A model generated the notes under the pieces. That model had not been told where the DNA came from. It was given only the letters and a program-made list of their open reading frames with translations, and searched no databases. The position numbers and the translations under genes are program-made. From the NCBI GenBank assembly GCA_963796055.1, contig CAWCKH010000006.1, positions 32,001 to 96,000 on the forward strand: a stretch of DNA of 64,000 nucleotides. Reading direction: 5' to 3'. The DNA comes from an uncultured delta proteobacterium (GTDB lineage Bacteria; Myxococcota; Myxococcia; Myxococcales; Myxococcaceae). Shown here one piece after another: positions 59,812 to 64,000 of this stretch (positions are counted from its first letter, which is position 1; every line of letters starts with the position of its first letter).

Positions 59812-61404
59812 GTGGTCATGAAGGTCCTCGAGCTGCAGCGAGAGAGGAATCCGGTGGGGTGGAGGACTCTCCTCCTCGTGGCGGTGCTCGCCGTGGCGAC
59901 GGTGGTGCTGGTCTTCGTGGGGAACGGAAACCTGGCGATCGCCCTCGCGCCCTGTCTGGCCCTCGTCCTGGTGTGCGGGATCTGGTTTCTTCCGCTGCGC
60001 ATCCCGATGCTGATGCTCTTCGTCATGGCCTGGGCGGTGGAGGCCCCGGGCGACGCGTTCGCCAGCGGGATCATCGAGACACCCTGGCGCATGGTGGGTC
60101 AGCTCCTCTGGGGAAAGCTGAACCTGGTCTTCCCCGTCGGAGCGCTGGTCATCACCGGCTTCGACCTGGTCGCTCTACTCCTCTTCGCGACCATCATTCA
60201 CCGGCACAGCCGCCACGCGACGATCGACCAGGACGGCTGGGTGGAGTCTCCGATCCCCATCGCCATCTTCGCCTGTCTCTCGCTGGTGGCGGTGGGCTGG
60301 ATGTCCTTCTACGGGCTGGCACGCGGGGGAAGCTTCCGCTTCATCCTCTGGCAGTCGATCCGCTGGCTCTACCTTCCCATCGTCTACCTCCTGATGAACC
60401 AGGCGCTCCGCGGGCCCCGGGACGCGGCGCTGGTGGGAAAGCTGCTCCTGGGAGTCGGCGTCTTCCGGGCGGGGGAGGCGATCTCCTTCCGCCTCGCGTT
60501 CCCGGTCGAGGTCCTCCCCCACTGCACGACCCACGCCGACTCGGTCCTCTTCGCCACCTGCGTCTCGGTCCTGGCAGCGATGGTCCTGGAGATGCCCGGC
60601 AAGCGCACCTATCTGCTCTGCGCCGGGCTCCTCCCGCTCTACTTGTGGGCGATGAAGGCCAACAACCGGCGGCTGGTCTGGGCAGAGCTCGGGCTGGTCG
60701 CCCTCATCTTCTGGATGATGAGCCCCTGGCGTCCGTGGAAGAAGAAGCTGGCCCGCGCCGCGGTGAGCCTCTCCCTTCCCCTGCTGCTCTACGGAGTGGT
60801 GGGGTGGAACAGCCAGAGCGCCATCTTCTCCCCGGTGAGGAAGGTCCGGTCGATGACCGACTCCAAGTCGAACACCTCGACCCTCTGGCGCGAGCTGGAG
60901 GACTACAACCTGGTCTACACCTTCCAGCAGAGCCCGGTGGTCGGTTCGGGCTTCGGCCATCCGTTCATCATGGCGATCAAGCTGCCGGACGTGGAGAACG
61001 TCTACGAGCTGGAGCGGTACATCCCCCACAACAGCGTGCTGGGCCTCTGGGCGTTCGGCGGGCTCCTGGGGTTCGCGTTGATCTGGGCGGTGTTCCCGGT
61101 GGGGATCTTCTTCACCGTCCGGGCCTACCACTGGTCCCGGACCCCGATGGAACGGGTCACCGCCCTCGGCGCCGCGGCGGTGCAGGTCTGCTACGTCGCC
61201 CAGGGGTACGGCGATCTCGGGTTCGGAAGCTGGGGGTCCATCTTCACCGTTGCCACGAGCTACGTGCTGATCGGGAAGATCTGCGTCGCCAACAAGGCCT
61301 GGGGGTCGCGCCGCGCGCTGCGCGAGGCCGCGGAGGAGGACAGCCGGAATTTCCCGGTCCGCTCCCCGGTCGAGGTCTTGACCGGGCTGCCACCGGGCTC
61401 CTGA
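59812..61404 (+). CDS. wzy: Wzy polymerase / O-antigen-ligase-like membrane protein
   Basis: Multiple TMs; NNRR, WRELED, GSGFG and PHNSVLG Wzy_C motifs. Confidence 0.82.
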   Translation: MVMKVLELQRERNPVGWRTLLLVAVLAVATVVLVFVGNGNLAIALAPCLALVLVCGIWFLPLRIPMLMLFVMAWAVEAPGDAFASGIIETPWRMVGQLLWGKLNLVFPVGALVITGFDLVALLLFATIIHRHSRHATIDQDGWVESPIPIAIFACLSLVAVGWMSFYGLARGGSFRFILWQSIRWLYLPIVYLLMNQALRGPRDAALVGKLLLGVGVFRAGEAISFRLAFPVEVLPHCTTHADSVLFATCVSVLAAMVLEMPGKRTYLLCAGLLPLYLWAMKANNRRLVWAELGLVALIFWMMSPWRPWKKKLARAAVSLSLPLLLYGVVGWNSQSAIFSPVRKVRSMTDSKSNTSTLWRELEDYNLVYTFQQSPVVGSGFGHPFIMAIKLPDVENVYELERYIPHNSVLGLWAFGGLLGFALIWAVFPVGIFFTVRAYHWSRTPMERVTALGAAAVQVCYVAQGYGDLGFGSWGSIFTVATSYVLIGKICVANKAWGSRRALREAAEEDSRNFPVRSPVEVLTGLPPGS

Positions 61405-61412
61405 CCGCCCGC

Positions 61413-62198
61413 TCAGTGACCGCGCGCCCACCGGCGGACCGTCCGGGCGATCCGGCGGACGGTCAGCATGGGCTCGTGGAAGTAGAGGCTGTTCCAGGTG
61501 CTGTGCGCGCTCACCGCGAGCCGCTCGGGCAGGCTCATCGGGTAGTCCACGGAGGAGTGGACGTAGAAGTCGTCGGGATCGGCGACGCGCACCAGCCGGT
61601 ACCCCTCCTTCAGGAGCCTGGCCCGGAGCTTGTCGTAGGAGCGGCCGCCCCGCTCGATGGTCATGCAGAGGATCCGGAACTCGCCGAAGGGAAAGTCCTT
61701 CAGCGCGACCCACTCCGCCCCCTCGATGTCCAGGCTCAGGTAATCGATGACCGCGGGAAAGCGGTGGCGCCGGAGCAGCTCCCAGAGCGGAACCGTCGGC
61801 ATCCGGATCCGTTCCAGGGCGTGCGGGGGCGGCAGCCCGGGAACGAGCACGTACCCCTGGTTCCCGAAGCCGGCGGCGATGAAGTTGGGCTCGGAGAGGT
61901 GCTCGGTGATGCTGCTCAGCTCGGGGTGGGCGTTGAGAACGAACTCCACCTCGCCGGCGGAGTCGGTGAGACAGCACTGCTCCACGATGGCCGAGCGGTT
62001 GCGCTTGACCTGCTCGAAGCAGACGGGGTGTGGCTCCACGAGGAGCCCCTTCCAGCCGTACTCGCTCTCCAGCGCGTAGGAGTTCGAGCCCCGGATCCCG
62101 TCCGGACCAGCACCGGAATCGATGAACCAGCCTCCCCGCTTTCCCTTGAGCACCCGCTCGATGACCCAGCGGTCCTGGCCTTGATGGGAGTGGAACAT
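61413..62198 (-). CDS. FkbM-family methyltransferase
   Basis: SHQGQD, FIDSGAGPDG..SNSY.LE..YGW.GLLVEP and IDYLSLDIEGAE motifs; GGAGG RBS. Confidence 0.9.
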   Translation of the reverse strand: MFHSHQGQDRWVIERVLKGKRGGWFIDSGAGPDGIRGSNSYALESEYGWKGLLVEPHPVCFEQVKRNRSAIVEQCCLTDSAGEVEFVLNAHPELSSITEHLSEPNFIAAGFGNQGYVLVPGLPPPHALERIRMPTVPLWELLRRHRFPAVIDYLSLDIEGAEWVALKDFPFGEFRILCMTIERGGRSYDKLRARLLKEGYRLVRVADPDDFYVHSSVDYPMSLPERLAVSAHSTWNSLYFHEPMLTVRRIARTVRRWARGH

Positions 62199-62326
62199 TC
62201 CCTCCTGCGCCCCCTGTCGCCGACCGAGCTTGCCACAGCTCCTGTGCACCGGCGGTCGCGATGGCCATTCCGACGAGGGCGGATGTGCGGGCCGATTCGA
62301 CCCACCGTGCATACGTTGCAAGTCCA

Positions 62327-63670
62327 GTGCACATCCTCCTGCTCGCCCTGTTCGCCCAGGTCCCCGAGTTCCGTGCGGCGCCCCCGGCCGAACCCGCCCT
62401 CGCGCCCGCCCCGGCGGCCTCCGCTCCGGCAGAGACCCGTTCCGAGGAACCCCCCTCCCCGGTCCGTCCCGAGGACTTCTCCCTCGCCCAGCCCGGGGGT
62501 CACGCCCGCCAGGGAACGGCGCCGGGCGGGTTCTCCCTCGCCGCACCCGATCCGGAGGCGTTCAAGGTCGGGGCAAAGGACAGCGGCTTCGACTTCGTGC
62601 CCATCCCGGTCGCCTCGTTCAACTCGGACACCGGCTTCGGCTTTGGGCTGGTCCTTCTGGCGTACTTCTACGCCAAGGACTACCGCCCCTATCGGCACGG
62701 GTTCACCGCCCAGTTCTTCGCCACCACCACCGGCTTCCAGGGCCACTACATCACCTGGGACGCGCCCCACCTGCTCGGGCCGGTGCGGGTGGAGGCCCGT
62801 CTCGAGTTCCACAAGGACCTGTACGCGCCCTACTACGGCCCCGGGAACCACACCTTCCCCGGGCAGTTCCTGAACGGGCCGGACAAGTTCTTCGGCTACG
62901 AGAGCGTCTGGACCTCGGACTGGCTCCGCTTCCGGATCAAGCCGCTCGGGGACGCCGCGCCGCTGACGCTCTACGCCGGCTATCAGTACCGCTACTTCTG
63001 GATCACCCCCTACCCGGGCTCGAACCTCGACCAGGAGCGCCCGAACGGCGTCACCGGAGGCCGCAACGGCGCTGCCGTCGCCGGCATCCTCTTCGACACC
63101 CGCGACGACGAGCAGAACACCCACTCCGGCGTGCTGGTGCAGGCCGCGGCGCGCGTGGCCCGTCCCTGGACCGGCAGCCAGTTCAGTTACCAGGGCGTCA
63201 CCTTCGGGACCCGTGTCTTCTTTCCCCTCGGGACGCCGCGACTGGTGCTCGCGCTCCATGGCGAGGCGGACCATCTCTGGGGCGACGTCCCCTTCTGGGA
63301 GTGGAACCAGCTGGGGGGCATCTCCAGCGTGGAGGGCCTGGGCGGGCTGGACACGGTGCGCGGGGTGCCCCGGAACCGCTACGGCGGGAACACCAAGGTC
63401 CTGGGCAACGTCGAGCTGCGCTGGGCCGCGGTGGAGATTCCCTGGGGCCCCGCGCCGCTGCAGATCGGACTCTCGGGCTTCTTCGACACCGGCCGGGTCT
63501 GGCAACCGGGGCAGCCGAACGGGAAGTTCTTCGACCCGGACCAGTGGCACAGCGGCGCCGGAGGCGGTCTACGCCTGATGCGCCGGGCCGCGGTCATCCG
63601 CGCAGACTTCGGCGTGGACTGGGCGCTGAAGCGGACCGGGGTCTACATCGCGTTCGGTCAGCTCTTCTGA
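62327..63670 (+). CDS. Omp85/BamA-TamA-family outer-membrane beta-barrel without evident POTRA domains
   Basis: FDTRD, VRG..RNRY.G, NVELRW, FFDTGRVW; terminal YIAFGQLF beta-signal. Confidence 0.82.
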   Translation: MHILLLALFAQVPEFRAAPPAEPALAPAPAASAPAETRSEEPPSPVRPEDFSLAQPGGHARQGTAPGGFSLAAPDPEAFKVGAKDSGFDFVPIPVASFNSDTGFGFGLVLLAYFYAKDYRPYRHGFTAQFFATTTGFQGHYITWDAPHLLGPVRVEARLEFHKDLYAPYYGPGNHTFPGQFLNGPDKFFGYESVWTSDWLRFRIKPLGDAAPLTLYAGYQYRYFWITPYPGSNLDQERPNGVTGGRNGAAVAGILFDTRDDEQNTHSGVLVQAAARVARPWTGSQFSYQGVTFGTRVFFPLGTPRLVLALHGEADHLWGDVPFWEWNQLGGISSVEGLGGLDTVRGVPRNRYGGNTKVLGNVELRWAAVEIPWGPAPLQIGLSGFFDTGRVWQPGQPNGKFFDPDQWHSGAGGGLRLMRRAAVIRADFGVDWALKRTGVYIAFGQLF

Positions 63671-63692
63671 GAGCGCGGGGCCCGGGGCGTGC

Positions 63693-64000
63693 TCAGGCCG
63701 TGAGCCAGGCGCGGAGCTCGGCCGGCACCGAGCTCTCGGCCCGCACCCCGGGCTCGATCGACAGCGGCACCGCGACGAAGCCCCGGTGGGCGAGCGCGGA
63801 CATCAGCGCCCGGCGGGCCTCCTCGTCGGGCGAGAAGAGGACGCACCCGTCCCCACCGCCGGCCCCGCTCACCTTCCCGGTGCTTCCCGCGGTGCGCGCC
63901 AGGGCGAGGATGCGGGTCGTACCCGGGGTGGCCACTCCCGGCAGCGACTCGAGGAGCTGCTCCAGCCCCTGGCACACCTCGTCCACCTGGGCGAAGCGCG
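63693..64000 (-). CDS. GHMP kinase, probably phosphomevalonate kinase (3' part only)
   Basis: GKVSGAGGGDG GHMP C-terminal motif; ORF runs off the window. Confidence 0.75.
   Translation of the reverse strand, partial: RFAQVDEVCQGLEQLLESLPGVATPGTTRILALARTAGSTGKVSGAGGGDGCVLFSPDEEARRALMSALAHRGFVAVPLSIEPGVRAESSVPAELRAWLTA

Overview
High-GC DNA, most likely from a myxobacterium (inferred from the Myxococcus-type EPS export genes and a mevalonate-pathway kinase). The left edge holds the 3' part of an ISC Fe-S operon (iscU-iscA-hscB-hscA-fdx) and tRNA-Leu(CAG). The right edge holds an Omp85-type barrel and the 3' end of a GHMP (phosphomevalonate-like) kinase. Between them is a ~58 kb Wzx/Wzy-dependent exopolysaccharide locus: priming transferase, short OPX plus beta-barrel, receiver protein, two polysaccharide co-polymerase/pseudokinase pairs, Wzx, Wzy, glycosyltransferases, a CDP-sugar cassette, WecB/WecG, an amidotransferase, acyl- and methyltransferases, GH2/GH9/GH140 hydrolases, a copper-radical oxidase and CusA/CusB-like genes. 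The best candidate for an undescribed system is the carrier-protein module at 3.7-12.4 kb: PPTase, ACP, acyl-CoA-dehydrogenase-like enzyme, SerRS-like amino acid:carrier ligase, BtrH-like DUF1839, GH2 and a fused double alpha/beta hydrolase. It plausibly builds an amino-acid-derived substituent for the polysaccharide (inference). A near-identical 1.68 kb direct repeat brackets a 19.5 kb sub-cassette. Five genes carry single-base frameshifts. Four are +1 insertions inside RGATCY motifs and one is a homopolymer deletion, which points to long-read errors and possibly host methylation. All family assignments come from reading motifs by eye, with no database search.
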